The position numbers and the translations under genes were made by a program. From the NCBI GenBank assembly GCA_964491455.1, contig CAZBFM010000001.1, forward strand, positions 447,868 to 511,867: 64,000 nt of DNA, given 5' to 3'. Positions 18,299 to 28,303 of the stretch are shown in pieces; within the stretch, counting starts at the first letter, position 1; each line of letters begins with the position of its first letter. This DNA is from an uncultured Candidatus Saccharibacteria bacterium (GTDB lineage Bacteria; Patescibacteriota; Minisyncoccia; 2-02-FULL-40-12; GWA2-44-9). The notes beneath the pieces are model-generated. The model did no database searches. It was not told the DNA's origin and worked only from the letters and a program-made list of their open reading frames with translations.

Positions 18299-21200
18299 AT
18301 GTCATTCGTTCACCTCCACACACACTCTCACTACTCGCTTCTGGATGGACTTTCCAAGATCGATGCCCTTGTCGCACGCGCCAAAGAACACGGCATGACC
18401 TCAATGGCGCTCACCGATCACGGTGTCCTCTACGGTGCAATTGAGTTTTACAAGAAGGCTACCAAGGCTGGCATCAAGCCAATCATCGGATGTGAGATGT
18501 ACATTACCGATGGCTCTCGTCACGACAAGCGACCGGGTATCGACAACGACAAACGCGCCCACCTCATCTTGCTTGCCACCAACGACGTCGGCTATCGCAA
18601 CCTCGTCAAACTCGTCACCATCGCCCACCTTGAAGGGTTCTACTACAAGCCACGCATCGACAAAGAAGCACTCAGACTCCATCACGAGGGCCTCATCGCA
18701 CTATCGTCATGCCTCGGAGGTGAGGTATCCCAGGCACTCATGAAAGGAGCCGATGAAACAGCGCGCACTATCGCGCGTGAATATGTCGATATCATGGGCG
18801 CAGGCAACTACTTTATCGAGCTACAGATGCACGCCAACATGCCCGAGCAAAACAGCACCACACCCAAGCTCATCTCATTGGCACGTGAGCTCGGTATTGG
18901 CATGGTCGCCACACAAGACTCCCACTACTGCACCAAAGAAGACGCTCAAGCGCACGACATCTTGCTTGCCGTACAGACGGGCAATACCATCCATGACGAA
19001 AAGCGCTTCTCGATGAACCAGGATGATTTTTCGTTTTGTTCAGAGGCGGACATGCGCGAGAAATTCGCATCGCTCCCCGACGATATCGTTGCAGAGGCAC
19101 TCGACAACACGGCGTCCATTGCCGATCGATGCAATCTCACCATTGAACTTGGGGTGATGCATCTGCCACACTTTCCGCTTCCTGAAGGACACACCGATCC
19201 ATCGGAATTTCTCACGGTCCTCGCTCACCAAGGTCTTACGAAACGATTCGGTGACGCTCCCGCGACCCACATCATTGAGCGCCTCGAGTATGAGCTTGGC
19301 ATTATCAAACAATCCGGTTTTGCTGGATACTTTCTCATCGTGCAAGATTTTGTAAACTGGGCAAAAAATAAAGGCATCTTCGTAGGGCCGGGACGCGGAT
19401 CAGCAGCTGGATCACTGGTGTCCTATCTACTCAACATCACCAACGTCGACCCCATCACCTACAATCTCCTCTTTGAGCGATTCCTCAATCCTGCACGTAT
19501 TAGTCAACCGGATATTGATTTGGATTTCGCCGATGCACGTCGAGGTGAAGTGCTCGCATACGTGGGAGAAAAGTACGGGCACGATCACGTGGCCCAAATT
19601 ATCACCTTCGGAACCATGGCAGCTCGAGGCAGTATCCGCGATGCCGGACGCGCACTTGGATACGCCTATGATTTTTGTGACCGCGTTGCCAAGGTCATTC
19701 CCGGAGGTCCCGTGCCAGACTATCCTGGCAAACGCACCGGCAAAACATACCTAGCGCACTGCATCGAGACGGTCGAAGAAGTGAAGAATCTCTATCAATC
19801 CGACGAACAAGCAAAAGCCCTCATCGACGCGGCCTGCAAGCTCGAAGGCGTCGTGCGCCATGCGTCTACCCATGCCTGTGCCGTCGTGATCACGCCAAAA
19901 CCGCTCACCGAATACGTGCCCCTCCAACAAGGCACCCATGAGAACGATATTATCTCCCAGTATGAGATGCACGCCGTCGAAGATCTCGGACTACTCAAGA
20001 TGGACTTCCTGGGACTTGCCAACCTAACCATCATCGAAGATACACTTCGCATGGTGCAAGAAAATCACGGCGTCACCATCGACATCGACAACCTTTCACT
20101 CACGGACGAGAAGTCATTTAAGTTACTCCGTCTTGCAAAAACCACAGGGGTGTTCCAGCTCGAGTCGTCAGGCATGAAACGCTACCTCAAAGAGCTCAAA
20201 CCAACCGACATTGAAGACATCATCGCCATGGTCGCGCTCTATCGTCCCGGTCCTATGGATCTTATTCCTGACTACGTCGAGCGCAAACACGGTCGCCAGC
20301 GCGTTGAATACCTCCACCCCTCACTGGAGCCCATTCTCAAGAACACCTATGGCGTCATGGTGTACCAAGAGCAGCTTATGGCTGCCGTTCGTGCACTTGC
20401 AGGATTTTCACTCGCCGAAGCAGACGTGATGAGAAAAGCGGTAGGAAAGAAAATCAAAGCGCTCCTCGATGAACAGGAGGGCAAGTTCAAAGACGGCTGC
20501 GCAGCAACCGGAACGCCCAAGGCAGTCGCCGATCGCTTCTGGGAGCTGGTCGAACCGTTTAACCGATACGCTTTCAATCGAAGTCACGCTGCGTGCTATG
20601 CAATGGTGGCGTACCAGACTGCATACCTAAAAGCGAACTACCCATCCGAATTCATGGCGGCATTCATGAACTCTGAAACCGGCGACATCGAGCGCATTGC
20701 GTTTCTTGTCGACGAAGCTCGCTCTATGGGCATCCAAGTACTTCCACCCGACATCAACGAAAGCGCCCAACGGTTCCGCGTTGTTCCGAATGCAGAGAAG
20801 CCGACACTTCGCTTTGGGCTCACCGCCGTCAAAAATCTCGGAGTCAACATCGTGGAAGCAATCATCGCCGAACGAAATGCAAACGGCCCCTACACCGACA
20901 TTGAAAGCCTCGTCACCCGCATTCAACACAAGGATCTCTCTAAGAAATCACTGGAAACACTCGCCAAGTGTGGCGCTCTCGACAAGCTCGGAGAACGCAA
21001 CACCCTCCTGGCCAACATCGAAACGCTCTTATTGCATGCAAAAGACAAAATGAAACGCGTAAGCATGGGGCAGGTCTCACTGTTTGGCGATGCACTCGAT
21101 AGTGAGCTGCCTCCAGTGAAGCTTTTGCCTGCCACACCAGCATCCAAGGCCGATACACTCCGATGGGAAAAAGAGCTCATTGGCTTGTACGTAAGCGATC

Positions 21201-21532
21201 ACCCATTGAGTGAATATACGGCTCGACTGAAACTCGAAAAGCCCACGTCTATTCGCGAGCTACGACCAATCCCGGGACAGGTTGTGCGCATCGCAGGACT
21301 CGTGGTATCAAATCACAAAATTATTACCAAAACCGGAAAACCCATGCTCTTCTCGACGGTCGAAGACCTCACCAGCAAACTCGAAGTCGTTGTATTTCCA
21401 TCCGTACTCGAAAAAACACAGCACGCGTGGGCACCAAATACCGTCTTAATCCTAACGGGCAAAATAGATAATAGAGATGGCAATATGAAGCTCCTCTGCG
21501 ACACCGCAAAGCCGATTGCAGTCGTCGCATAA
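18299..21532 (+). CDS. dnaE: DNA polymerase III alpha subunit
   Basis: PHP domain start FVHLHTHSHYSLLDG, polymerase core, and an OB-fold C-terminus. Start moved to the ATG at 18299. Confidence 0.95.
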   Translation: MSFVHLHTHSHYSLLDGLSKIDALVARAKEHGMTSMALTDHGVLYGAIEFYKKATKAGIKPIIGCEMYITDGSRHDKRPGIDNDKRAHLILLATNDVGYRNLVKLVTIAHLEGFYYKPRIDKEALRLHHEGLIALSSCLGGEVSQALMKGADETARTIAREYVDIMGAGNYFIELQMHANMPEQNSTTPKLISLARELGIGMVATQDSHYCTKEDAQAHDILLAVQTGNTIHDEKRFSMNQDDFSFCSEADMREKFASLPDDIVAEALDNTASIADRCNLTIELGVMHLPHFPLPEGHTDPSEFLTVLAHQGLTKRFGDAPATHIIERLEYELGIIKQSGFAGYFLIVQDFVNWAKNKGIFVGPGRGSAAGSLVSYLLNITNVDPITYNLLFERFLNPARISQPDIDLDFADARRGEVLAYVGEKYGHDHVAQIITFGTMAARGSIRDAGRALGYAYDFCDRVAKVIPGGPVPDYPGKRTGKTYLAHCIETVEEVKNLYQSDEQAKALIDAACKLEGVVRHASTHACAVVITPKPLTEYVPLQQGTHENDIISQYEMHAVEDLGLLKMDFLGLANLTIIEDTLRMVQENHGVTIDIDNLSLTDEKSFKLLRLAKTTGVFQLESSGMKRYLKELKPTDIEDIIAMVALYRPGPMDLIPDYVERKHGRQRVEYLHPSLEPILKNTYGVMVYQEQLMAAVRALAGFSLAEADVMRKAVGKKIKALLDEQEGKFKDGCAATGTPKAVADRFWELVEPFNRYAFNRSHAACYAMVAYQTAYLKANYPSEFMAAFMNSETGDIERIAFLVDEARSMGIQVLPPDINESAQRFRVVPNAEKPTLRFGLTAVKNLGVNIVEAIIAERNANGPYTDIESLVTRIQHKDLSKKSLETLAKCGALDKLGERNTLLANIETLLLHAKDKMKRVSMGQVSLFGDALDSELPPVKLLPATPASKADTLRWEKELIGLYVSDHPLSEYTARLKLEKPTSIRELRPIPGQVVRIAGLVVSNHKIITKTGKPMLFSTVEDLTSKLEVVVFPSVLEKTQHAWAPNTVLILTGKIDNRDGNMKLLCDTAKPIAVVA

Positions 21533-21557
21533 AAAATCGGGCACTTTCGTGCCCGAT
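21530..21557. terminator. hairpin ATCGGGCAC-tttc-GTGCCCGAT between convergent dnaE and the 79-aa gene
   Basis: Perfect 9-bp stem. An A-run on the + strand gives a T-run for the minus-strand transcript. Confidence 0.55.
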
Positions 21558-21565
21558 ACGAGAAT

Positions 21566-21805
21566 CTACTTCCCCGCCGCCTCCAGCTTCATCTCAGCTA
21601 CAACCTCCCGTGCTATGTCGACACGTACCCTCACCTCTTCCTCGGTGAATCGCGACTTCTCATTCGCAAGTCGCCCCAAGGCATGCTTGAGAGCTTCGTC
21701 GAGTCGTCCGGGCAGTTGCGCCGGAAGAACAAAATGCAAAATAGTGGCTCCGAGAAGACTTCTTCTTAGCTGCAACTTCAACGCCGCACGCAATGCCATA
21801 TCCAT
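21566..21805 (-). CDS. hypothetical small protein (79 aa)
   Basis: SD GGAGAA lies 6 nt before the ATG. An extended -10 promoter sits upstream. A terminator lies downstream. No family recognised. Confidence 0.5.
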   Translation of the reverse strand: MDMALRAALKLQLRRSLLGATILHFVLPAQLPGRLDEALKHALGRLANEKSRFTEEEVRVRVDIAREVVAEMKLEAAGK

Positions 21806-21825
21806 GTCATTTCTCCTGAAATGAT

Positions 21826-21853
21826 ACTATACCATAATATTTGAATTATACAA
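21826..21853 (-). promoter_or_regulatory. sigma70 promoter TTGTAT-16-TGgTATAGT (extended -10) for the 79-aa gene
   Basis: Reverse complement of 21848-21853 gives TTGTAT, and of 21826-21834 gives TGGTATAGT. Confidence 0.45.
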
Positions 21854-21897
21854 GCCAGATTGCGATGGAGCGTCATGTTTGCTAGGATACACACACT

Positions 21898-23640
21898 ATG
21901 GATGCATCCCTTCTCGAACATCAGCGACACACCCTTGCTCATCTGTTAGCAGCGGCTGCGCTCAAATTCGACCCGTCTGCAAAGCGCACAATTGGCCCAG
22001 CGATCGATACGGGATTCTATTACGATTTTGAGTTTTCGAAACCTCTTTCAGACGAGGATCTGAAAAGCATTGAATCGGAAATGAAGAAAATCCTCCCTTC
22101 ATGGACGTCTTTTTCACATACAGAAGTTTCAGCGGATGAAGCGCGCACTCTCTTCAAAGACAACCCTTACAAGCTTGAGCTCGTCGATGAGATTGTAGCT
22201 AAAGGCGAGAATATTACCCTCTACACATCGGGTGACTTCACTGATCTCTGTCGCGGAGGACATATCGAAAATCCGTCGCTCATCGATCTCGATTCGTTCA
22301 CGCTCGATAAGCTTGCTGGAGCGTATTGGCGCGGGGATGAGAAAAACGCACAACTCACACGCATCTACGGACTGGCATTCGCGACAGCTGATGAGCTAGC
22401 ATCGTTCATTGAGCGGCGCGAGGAAGCCAAGAAGCGCGATCATCGTATACTCGGCAAACAGCTCGGCCTTTTTATGATTTCCGATGATGTTGGTCCGGGG
22501 CTCCCACTCTTTTTCCCCAAAGGTGCCATTCTGCGCCGCACCGTAGAAGACTTCATCTCCACACTTCAAGAGCGTCGCGGGTACCAGCCAATTTGGATTC
22601 CTCATATCACGAAGGGTAAATTGTATGAAATCTCGGGCCACCTCGACAAATATGACGCGATGTATCCGCCCATGCACCTGACCGATGAGGCACAGTACTA
22701 CCTCAAGCCCATGAATTGCCCTCACTTTATGATGCTCTATCGCGAAGTGCCACATTCATATCGTGAGCTACCCGCTCGGTACGTCTGCACGACCACCAAC
22801 TATCGCTACGAAAAATCTGGTGAGCTCGCTGGTCTTACACGCGTACGCGCGCTCACGCAAGATGATTGCCATGTATTTATGCGTCCCGACCAAGTCGAAA
22901 GCGAAATCGGACGTATGCTCGACATGATTGATGAGGTATACAAAGCGTTTAGCTTCCACGACTTCTATGTTCGCATCTCGACACGAGATCCCAAAAATGC
23001 AGAAAAATACATCGGCAGTGCGACGGTATGGGAGCAATCCGAAGCTGCGCTCGCCAAACTCATCGCTGAACGTGGCTGGAATCATGAAGTCGGCGTAGGC
23101 GAGGCGGCATTCTATGGCCCCAAACTCGATTTCATCTTCAACGATGTCCTTGGTCGCCCATGGCAACTGTCCACCATTCAGCTCGATATGAATCTGCCCG
23201 AACGCTTCGAGCTCGAATACACGGGCGACGATGGTGCCAAGCACCGGCCCGTGGTCGTCCATCGTGCCATTCTTGGCTCTACAGAGCGCTTCTTAGGCAT
23301 CCTCATCGAACACTACGGTGGCGCGTTTCCATTATGGCTTGCGCCAGTCCAAGTCTCCGTGCTTCCTATCAGTGACCGACATCTCGAGCACGCCGAAGAG
23401 ATCGCCTCGGAATTGCGCTCTCGCGGCTTCCGCGTCGAAGTAAACACCGATAACGACACCATCGGCAAAAAGATTCGCGCATCTGAAACGATGAAAATCC
23501 CCTACGCAATTATTCTTGGCGACAAGGATATTGCGGCCGAAGCAATTTCGGTTCGCAAGCGCGGAGGAGAAGATCTCGGCCAGCTCAAACTCGAAGCATT
23601 CATTGAAGTGCTTGCAACAGAGCAACGTTCGAAAAAATAA
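21898..23640 (+). CDS. thrS: threonyl-tRNA synthetase (lacks N-terminal TGS/N1 domain)
   Basis: Class II motifs (YLKPMNCPHFMMLY, HRAILGSTERF) and editing-domain histidines (HTLAHLLAAA). The protein begins directly in the N2 domain. Confidence 0.95.
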   Translation: MDASLLEHQRHTLAHLLAAAALKFDPSAKRTIGPAIDTGFYYDFEFSKPLSDEDLKSIESEMKKILPSWTSFSHTEVSADEARTLFKDNPYKLELVDEIVAKGENITLYTSGDFTDLCRGGHIENPSLIDLDSFTLDKLAGAYWRGDEKNAQLTRIYGLAFATADELASFIERREEAKKRDHRILGKQLGLFMISDDVGPGLPLFFPKGAILRRTVEDFISTLQERRGYQPIWIPHITKGKLYEISGHLDKYDAMYPPMHLTDEAQYYLKPMNCPHFMMLYREVPHSYRELPARYVCTTTNYRYEKSGELAGLTRVRALTQDDCHVFMRPDQVESEIGRMLDMIDEVYKAFSFHDFYVRISTRDPKNAEKYIGSATVWEQSEAALAKLIAERGWNHEVGVGEAAFYGPKLDFIFNDVLGRPWQLSTIQLDMNLPERFELEYTGDDGAKHRPVVVHRAILGSTERFLGILIEHYGGAFPLWLAPVQVSVLPISDRHLEHAEEIASELRSRGFRVEVNTDNDTIGKKIRASETMKIPYAIILGDKDIAAEAISVRKRGGEDLGQLKLEAFIEVLATEQRSKK

Positions 23641-23665
23641 AATCGCTACCCCGAAAGGTAGCGAT
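23630..23665. terminator. hairpin ATCGCTACC-ccgaaa-GGTAGCGAT with flanking A/T run
   Basis: 9-bp perfect stem downstream of both thrS (+) and the 196-aa membrane gene (-). The T-run is on the minus-strand side. Confidence 0.5.
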
Positions 23666-23678
23666 GGCCCACGAAGGG

Positions 23679-24269
23679 CTACTGTGCGAACTGCTGGAGC
23701 GCTGCAGTCCAACCGAGACCAACGGCGTAGGTCTTGATCGCGTTAAACAACAGGAGCGTTGCAAACGCTCCACGCTGTCGCGTCTGCCGACACAAGAGGA
23801 TCCCCGGTATCCATCCGAGCGGGCAGAGACCGAGTCCCATCATCAGTGGATACATCATGCCCTTGGGGCTTGCCTGCATGACTCGCAGCGCATTCTCCAG
23901 CAGGAAGCGTGACGCGGGATTGCGAGCGGCCATTTGATGTTGCATCCGCTCGTAGAACCAGTCCCACATTGCATTGATGAGGCCAATCGCGGCATCGAGC
24001 TGTGCTCGTACTCGTGCGAGAAACCCCTCACCTCGGAATTCGACGACAGTTGCCTGCACTGCAGGAATGAACGGAGCCTGACGCCCAAGCCACCCCGCAA
24101 ACCAGTACCAGTACGTGACCTCAATGGATGCGGCGATGCCCGTTGCAACGAAGAGAGTCAATCCCGACATCCCCATCGACACAAAAACTGGTATCAGGAT
24201 AAACTCCACGTTCACCACTGACGCCACCAGCGACACGGCCATCGGCCACGACACCCACCAGCGCTTCAT
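23679..24269 (-). CDS. hypothetical integral membrane protein (196 aa, ~5 TM)
   Basis: Strong SD AAGGAGG lies 4 nt before the ATG. Multiple hydrophobic helices. Confidence 0.6.
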   Translation of the reverse strand: MKRWWVSWPMAVSLVASVVNVEFILIPVFVSMGMSGLTLFVATGIAASIEVTYWYWFAGWLGRQAPFIPAVQATVVEFRGEGFLARVRAQLDAAIGLINAMWDWFYERMQHQMAARNPASRFLLENALRVMQASPKGMMYPLMMGLGLCPLGWIPGILLCRQTRQRGAFATLLLFNAIKTYAVGLGWTAALQQFAQ

Positions 24270-24278
24270 GCGACCTCC

Positions 24279-24307
24279 TTGTATTGTAGTGAACTCTAAG
24301 GTATATT
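24279..24307 (+). promoter_or_regulatory. sigma70 promoter TTGTAT-17-TATATT for miaA
   Basis: -35 at 24279-24284 and -10 at 24302-24307. The ATG is at 24323. Confidence 0.45.
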
Positions 24308-24322
24308 ATACCACGATAATTC

Positions 24323-25219
24323 ATGAAAAGCAACCTCCCTCGCGTGATCGTCATTGCTGGCCCAACCGCATCAGGTAAATCTGATATTGCCATTTCACTT
24401 GCGCAAAAACTCAATGGAGAAATCATTTCTGCTGATTCTCGGCAGGTCTATCGCGGGATGGACATAGGCACCGGAAAAGTCACCAAACGCGAACAGCGCC
24501 TCGCTCGTCACTGGCTACTCGATATTGCATCACCAAAGCGCAGCTACAACGTGTCGCATTTCCAAAGAGATGCGAAAAAGGCAATCACGGATATACTCCG
24601 TCGTGGCAAACTCCCCATCATCTGTGGGGGGACCGGTTTTTGGATTGATACTCTGGTCTATAACCAATCCCTGCCGAACGTTAAGCCAGATCGTGCACTT
24701 CGCGCTACGCTATCACGACTCTCTCCTGATGAACTCTTTACTCGACTCAAGAAACTCGACCTGCGTCGAGCACAAACCATTGATCGACACAATCCAGTCC
24801 GTCTTATCCGCGCACTGGAAATCGTTCTCACAAGCGGTAAGCCCGTACAAAAGCTCGCGCGCAAACATCAGAGCCCCTACGACACCCTCTATCTTTGCGT
24901 GTCGCGTCCTACAGATCAGTTGTACGCGCGCATCACAAAACGTCTCGACGCTCGTCTGCGCTCCGGAATGATTGCGGAAGTGAAGCGCCTTCATGCCTGC
25001 GGCGTGAGCTGGCAGCGCCTCGAGGCATTCGGCCTCGAATACCGCTGGGTTGCGCAGCATCTGCAAGGCAAGCTCTCGCGCACCGCTATGCGCGACAGAC
25101 TCCTGCGCGACATCATCGCCTACTCAAAACGCCAGCTCACCTGGTGGAAGCGCAATAAAGACATATATTATATCAACGATAGTATTGACCTCGATCGTTT
25201 CGCTGACCATTTCCAGTAA
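24323..25219 (+). CDS. miaA: tRNA dimethylallyltransferase
   Basis: P-loop VIAGPTASGKS and the typical MiaA motif DSRQVYRGMDIGTGK. Confidence 0.9.
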   Translation: MKSNLPRVIVIAGPTASGKSDIAISLAQKLNGEIISADSRQVYRGMDIGTGKVTKREQRLARHWLLDIASPKRSYNVSHFQRDAKKAITDILRRGKLPIICGGTGFWIDTLVYNQSLPNVKPDRALRATLSRLSPDELFTRLKKLDLRRAQTIDRHNPVRLIRALEIVLTSGKPVQKLARKHQSPYDTLYLCVSRPTDQLYARITKRLDARLRSGMIAEVKRLHACGVSWQRLEAFGLEYRWVAQHLQGKLSRTAMRDRLLRDIIAYSKRQLTWWKRNKDIYYINDSIDLDRFADHFQ

Positions 25220-25231
25220 AGAAAAAGCCGC

Positions 25232-25534
25232 CTATGACAGCGGCTGAAACAACTTCACGATCTCACGAAGGACTCGCTTACGCTCAACCTCACTCGGACC
25301 TGCGATGCGAACCGTCCACATGACGGAATCAGCCTTCTGGAGAATATCGACGAGCATAGCTCGTTCTTCTGGCTCGAGCGGACAATCAATCGTCGAATCG
25401 AGCGTATCAATAACACTTTCGATTTGAGCCTCACGAGCATCGTCTTGCTCGAAATTGAGCAGAGCGCTCCAGATATGCGTCTCCGTCCAGCAGCAACCTG
25501 CAAGCCCAGCAGTATTATGCGCTTTGCACCTCAT
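25232..25534 (-). CDS. hypothetical protein (100 aa); start uncertain
   Basis: Track ORF downstream of gatB on the same strand. A hairpin AGCCGC/GCGGCT + T-run overlaps its stop. No convincing SD at the annotated ATG. Confidence 0.35.
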   Translation of the reverse strand: MRCKAHNTAGLAGCCWTETHIWSALLNFEQDDAREAQIESVIDTLDSTIDCPLEPEERAMLVDILQKADSVMWTVRIAGPSEVERKRVLREIVKLFQPLS

Positions 25535-25569
25535 CTAGCATCTCCTGAGAAAATAATACTAACTTTTAT

Positions 25570-27039
25570 TCAATTTGTCAATTTTTCACGCAACAACTGC
25601 TCTGCGAGTTGCGGATTTGCTTTACCTTTTGAAAGCGCCATAACCTTTCCAACGAGAGCCTTGAGTGCGGCTTCTTTGCCCGCCTTAAAATCGGCGACTA
25701 TTTTTTCCGATTGTGCGATCGCATCTTCGACATACAGATTCATGGATACAGCATCGGATACTTGCGCCAAATCGCGCTCACGAATAATATCTTCAGGATC
25801 TTCGCCGGTCTCCCACATCGCCTGCAGCAACGTCTGCGCGCCCGCGCTTCCTACGATGCCGCTGGAAACGCGAACGACAAAGTCGGCGAATGCTGCTGGA
25901 GTGATTTTCGTGTCATGAGGAGTGGACGATGCAGCAAAGAGCTTTGGCTGTAATTGCGTGATGAGCCAATTTGCAGCTGTCTTTGCAAGTTTGCCATAAT
26001 CCGTCGATTCGCCCGTGAGTGGATTATCTTCGTGCTTCAGTTCCGAAACGACCTCCTCGAAATAATCTCCGAGCTCCTTGAATACAACGAGAATCTCAAC
26101 ATCTGCTTGTGGCAGCCCATACTCCTTGGCAAAGCGCACACGTCGTGCTGCGGGCAATTCGGGAAGTGCGGCACGGATAGCATCAATCTCAAGCTCAGAA
26201 ATCACAATAGGTGGCAAGTCGGGTTCGGGGAAATATCGATAGTCCGCGCTTCCCTCTTTGATGCGCTGACTGACCGTTTTTTGGTGAATATCATCCCAAC
26301 CCCGTGTCTCCTGCACGAGTGCGCCACCAGACTCAAGCACATCGATTTGTCGCTTCACTTCATAGTCAGCAGACTTCGCCGCAGCTGAAATCGAGTTAAT
26401 ATTCTTCACCTCGACTTTCGTACCATATTCTTTTTGTCCTTTGGGGCGAACGGAGAGGTTTACCTCGACGCGCATCTGTCCCTTTTCCATATCGGCGTCA
26501 GACGCCTCAAGATATCGCAAAATGAGCTGCAACTCAGTTGCGAATCGACGGACATCTTCAGCTTCCGAAAGGTCAGGGTGCGTCACCAGCTCCATCAGTG
26601 GCACCCCTGCACGATTATAATCAACGAGGGAGTAATCCGCGCCTGGCACGTGCATCAACTTCCCTGCATCTTCTTCGAGATGGATACGTTCAATGCGAAT
26701 CGTCTTTCCGTTGGCTTCGAGCTTCCCTTCTCTACAAAAGGGAAATTGAAATTGAGAGATTTGGTATCCCTTCGGGAGGTCAGGGTAAAAATAGTTCTTC
26801 CGTTCAAAAATGGAGTGCTTCTCGATGGTGCAACCAAGAGCCAAACCGACAGCAATAATCTTCTCAATGGCAGCACGATTGATCACCGGCAACGTACCCG
26901 GGTGCCCCATACAGATCGGACAGACATTAGTGTTCGGCGTCCTCTCAAGAGCATCATTCTTAGAATCACAAAACATCTTTGTTTTGGTGTTCAGCTCCGC
27001 ATGTATTTCCAAGCCAATGGTAGTGAGATACTCTTGCAT
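25570..27039 (-). CDS. gatB: Asp/Glu-tRNA amidotransferase subunit B
   Basis: GLEIHAELNT, VCPICMGHPGTLPV and the GatB/YqeY C-terminal domain. Start moved to MQEYLTT. Confidence 0.9.
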   Translation of the reverse strand: MQEYLTTIGLEIHAELNTKTKMFCDSKNDALERTPNTNVCPICMGHPGTLPVINRAAIEKIIAVGLALGCTIEKHSIFERKNYFYPDLPKGYQISQFQFPFCREGKLEANGKTIRIERIHLEEDAGKLMHVPGADYSLVDYNRAGVPLMELVTHPDLSEAEDVRRFATELQLILRYLEASDADMEKGQMRVEVNLSVRPKGQKEYGTKVEVKNINSISAAAKSADYEVKRQIDVLESGGALVQETRGWDDIHQKTVSQRIKEGSADYRYFPEPDLPPIVISELEIDAIRAALPELPAARRVRFAKEYGLPQADVEILVVFKELGDYFEEVVSELKHEDNPLTGESTDYGKLAKTAANWLITQLQPKLFAASSTPHDTKITPAAFADFVVRVSSGIVGSAGAQTLLQAMWETGEDPEDIIRERDLAQVSDAVSMNLYVEDAIAQSEKIVADFKAGKEAALKALVGKVMALSKGKANPQLAEQLLREKLTN

Positions 27040-27103
27040 GTGGTGACAGTTTAGCACGATTTTAGAGTAAAAAAAGCCCCACACGTAGTGTGGGGCAGCG
27101 ACG

Positions 27104-27748
27104 TCATGAGGCTCGCTGATGGGCTTGCACGATAGCATCCGTCATCAGGCCAGCGACGACATCAGGCGTCATATGGAGAGGCGACGTATCTATTCGCAGC
27201 CACGATTTTGCAAAAGCACCACCGAAGTACATTTCATAAGCGCGGTGTACGGATTCGTGAAATTCTCTCTTCTCATTATCAAGTCGATTCTCTGCACCTC
27301 GCATCGCCAGACGCTTCATGCCTACGTCCAGATTAACGGTGAGGAGAATCGTGAGATCAGGCACGAGCCCCTTCGTTGCCAGCCTAATTGCCTCAAGGGC
27401 GGCATCGCGAGGAATACTGCGACCTTCAACCTGATACGCGATACTCGATAGAATAAAGCGGTCGCACACAATCACACGTCCACCAGCAAGCGCTGGCTCA
27501 ATAACATCCTCTACATGCTGTGCGCGATCAGCTTGAAAGAGCAAGAACTCTGATCTACTACAGGGCGTAGCCGATCCATCAAGCAGCAACTTTCGAATTG
27601 CAACCCCTACCTGAGTGCCGCCGGGCTCCCGTGTACGCAAGGGATTGCATCCGCGCAGCGCAAGCTCACGCGTCACCTGCTCAATGGCAGTCGTCTTCCC
27701 GGATGCCTCCGGACCCTCAACAGTGACGAAAAATCCTCTCGTTGTCAT
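27104..27748 (-). CDS. tmk: thymidylate kinase
   Basis: P-loop VEGPEASGKTT and DRF/LID region. Confidence 0.9.
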   Translation of the reverse strand: MTTRGFFVTVEGPEASGKTTAIEQVTRELALRGCNPLRTREPGGTQVGVAIRKLLLDGSATPCSRSEFLLFQADRAQHVEDVIEPALAGGRVIVCDRFILSSIAYQVEGRSIPRDAALEAIRLATKGLVPDLTILLTVNLDVGMKRLAMRGAENRLDNEKREFHESVHRAYEMYFGGAFAKSWLRIDTSPLHMTPDVVAGLMTDAIVQAHQRAS

Positions 27749-27785
27749 GCTAAACTCCTTAAGGAACGGCTACAAGCATACCAAG

Positions 27786-27815
27786 AAAAAGCCACCCTAC
27801 AAGGGTGGCTTTTTC
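27786..27815. terminator. bidirectional terminator A5-GCCACCC-tacaa-GGGTGGC-T5
   Basis: 7-bp GC stem flanked by an A-run and a T-run, immediately downstream of rplK (minus strand). Confidence 0.6.
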
Positions 27816-27828
27816 TATCAGATACGTC

Positions 27829-28251
27829 TTATTTGATTTCGATACCCATACTGCGAGCAGTCCCAGAAATAATTTCCATGGCTGCTTCGACATCATTTGC
27901 ATTAAGATCCTGAATCTTCTGCTCCGCGATTGCCTTCAACTGAGCTCGGGAAACGGAGCCAACTTTCTTCTTATTGGGTTCTCCGCTTCCCTTTTCGAGA
28001 CCGACTGCGACACGTAACAAATACGCTGCAGGTGGAGTCTTGAGTTGGAATTCAAAGGTGCGATCCTCGAAGATTGTGATTTCAACTGGAGTAACCTGAC
28101 CGACCTTGTCCTTGGTTGCTTCGTTGAATTGCAAGACAAACTGCTGGAGGTTGATTCCGTGTGGTCCGAGCGCCGTACCGACTGGTGGAGCTGGAGTTGC
28201 TCTGGCACCTTCGACCTGGAGCTTAACGATTGTTTTTACTTTCTTTGCCAT
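27829..28251 (-). CDS. rplK: 50S ribosomal protein L11
   Basis: [34 protein letters not shown] is canonical L11. Confidence 0.95.
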   Translation of the reverse strand: MAKKVKTIVKLQVEGARATPAPPVGTALGPHGINLQQFVLQFNEATKDKVGQVTPVEITIFEDRTFEFQLKTPPAAYLLRVAVGLEKGSGEPNKKKVGSVSRAQLKAIAEQKIQDLNANDVEAAMEIISGTARSMGIEIK

Positions 28252-28303
28252 TTCGTGATAATCACCGTCGGTTGAAGCTATCCGACCGTGGTTTGGTTAC
28301 AAA

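Noticed and set aside
21516-21824. Plus-strand 102-aa Ser-rich ORF overlapping the 79-aa minus-strand gene
   Set aside because: Low-complexity Ser/Ala/Arg composition with no RBS. The minus-strand ORF has promoter, SD and terminator, so this plus-strand ORF is treated as a shadow ORF.
25232-25534. Considered treating the 100-aa ORF as non-coding 3' UTR of gatB
   Set aside because: Not rejected outright. It is kept at low confidence because a terminator hairpin sits exactly at its stop and the frame is open for 300 nt. The start codon lacks a credible SD.
26434-27054. 206-aa plus-strand ORF antisense to gatB
   Set aside because: Shadow ORF inside gatB with no motifs.
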